A stretch of DNA of 64,000 nt from Squalus acanthias (Eukaryota), in the NCBI GenBank assembly GCA_030390025.1, contig CM059431.1, positions 109,370,001-109,434,000 on the forward strand. Direction: 5' to 3'. The notes below the pieces were generated by a model. It did not search any database and was not told the DNA's origin. It worked only from the letters and a program-made list of their open reading frames with translations. The position numbers and the translations under genes are program-made. Positions 63,400 through 64,000 of this stretch are shown piece after piece (position 1 is the stretch's first letter; each line of letters opens with the position of its first letter).

Positions 63400-63593
63400 G
63401 CTGGAAGAGGTACAGAGAGTGCACCCAGGTTCTTGAATGCAACTTTGGAGGCCCTGGTCCAGGCTGTCAGAAAGCCCTCCAGCCAACACCTCTGCCGCCA
63501 GTGGGAAGAGGAGGTGAATGCCAACAGCCTAGCTCCCAGGACATGGCTTCAATGCAAGAAAATGTTCAATGATCTCACAAGAGTTGTCAAGGT
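63400..63593 (+). pseudogene. Myb/SANT-like DNA-binding domain remnant, probably from a Harbinger transposon
   Basis: SAPRFLNATLEALVQAVR...QWEEEVNANSLAPRTWLQCKKMFNDL resembles the Myb_DNA-bind_5/MSANTD domain and ends at a GT donor-like AAG|GTAAGA. Confidence 0.55.
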
Positions 63594-63867
63594 AAGAATC
63601 TTACCGCTCACCTTAATTACTCTTTCCTCACACCTCCACCAGCTGCAGCCTCATTACTCGCAATATTCCCCACCCCAATTCCCCTTTACTCTCCTACAAT
63701 CACTGCACCACGCTTCACTCTGACTCCTTCGCCTCCTACTCACACAGTCTGCACCTTCTACTCTCACCACTATTGCAGCTCACACTTCCCCACACCTCAC
63801 ATCATCCACCCAACATACAAACTATTCCACTTCCAGGGACATTCTCAAGACACCTCACAGCATCACT

Positions 63868-64000
63868 AAAAAACAGATTTCCTGGTCGTTATCTCATTGC
63901 TGTTTGTGGGACCTTGCTGTGCGCAAATTGGCTGCCGCGTTTCCTACATTACAGCAGTGACTACATTACAAAAAGTACTTCATTGGCTGTAAAGCACTTT
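63868..64000 (+). mobile_element. DeuSINE 3' fragment (runs off window)
   Basis: AAAACAGATTTCCTGGTCGTTATCTCATTGCTGTTTGTGGG...AAAAGTACTTCATTGGCTGTAAAGCACTTT. Confidence 0.8.

Overview
This is eukaryotic, repeat-rich vertebrate DNA. The repeat complement (DeuSINE/SacSINE1-like SINEs, two CR1-group LINE families, L2, Penelope-like elements) points to a cartilaginous fish, probably a shark; that assignment is an inference. The only host gene is the first coding exon of DACH1 (Dachshund homolog 1) on the minus strand, CDS 27054->26495, encoding the SKI/SNO/DAC (DACHbox-N) domain. Positions ~1-26494 are therefore intron 1 and ~27.1-64 kb is 5'UTR, promoter and upstream gene desert. The zone from ~16 to 32 kb is almost free of transposons and rich in blocks that look like conserved non-coding elements, while the flanks are layered with retroelements. 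The most unusual items are: (1) Penelope-like element remnants carrying minimal hammerhead-ribozyme motifs, including a near-perfect 166-bp palindrome with a hammerhead core on each strand and a 12-bp TSD inside DACH1 intron 1; (2) a CpG-rich 1587-bp TG..CA solo-LTR-like element with a 4-bp TSD, inserted in an L2; (3) a 215-bp solo LTR nested in a LINE; (4) a telomeric (TTAGGG) insertion inside a SINE; (5) three upstream ATGs just before the DACH1 start; (6) a Harbinger-like MITE carrying a TGACAG cluster; (7) a ~1-kb minisatellite with a 31-bp unit. Repeat family names come from recalled consensus features, not database searches, and repeat boundaries are approximate unless a TSD is given.
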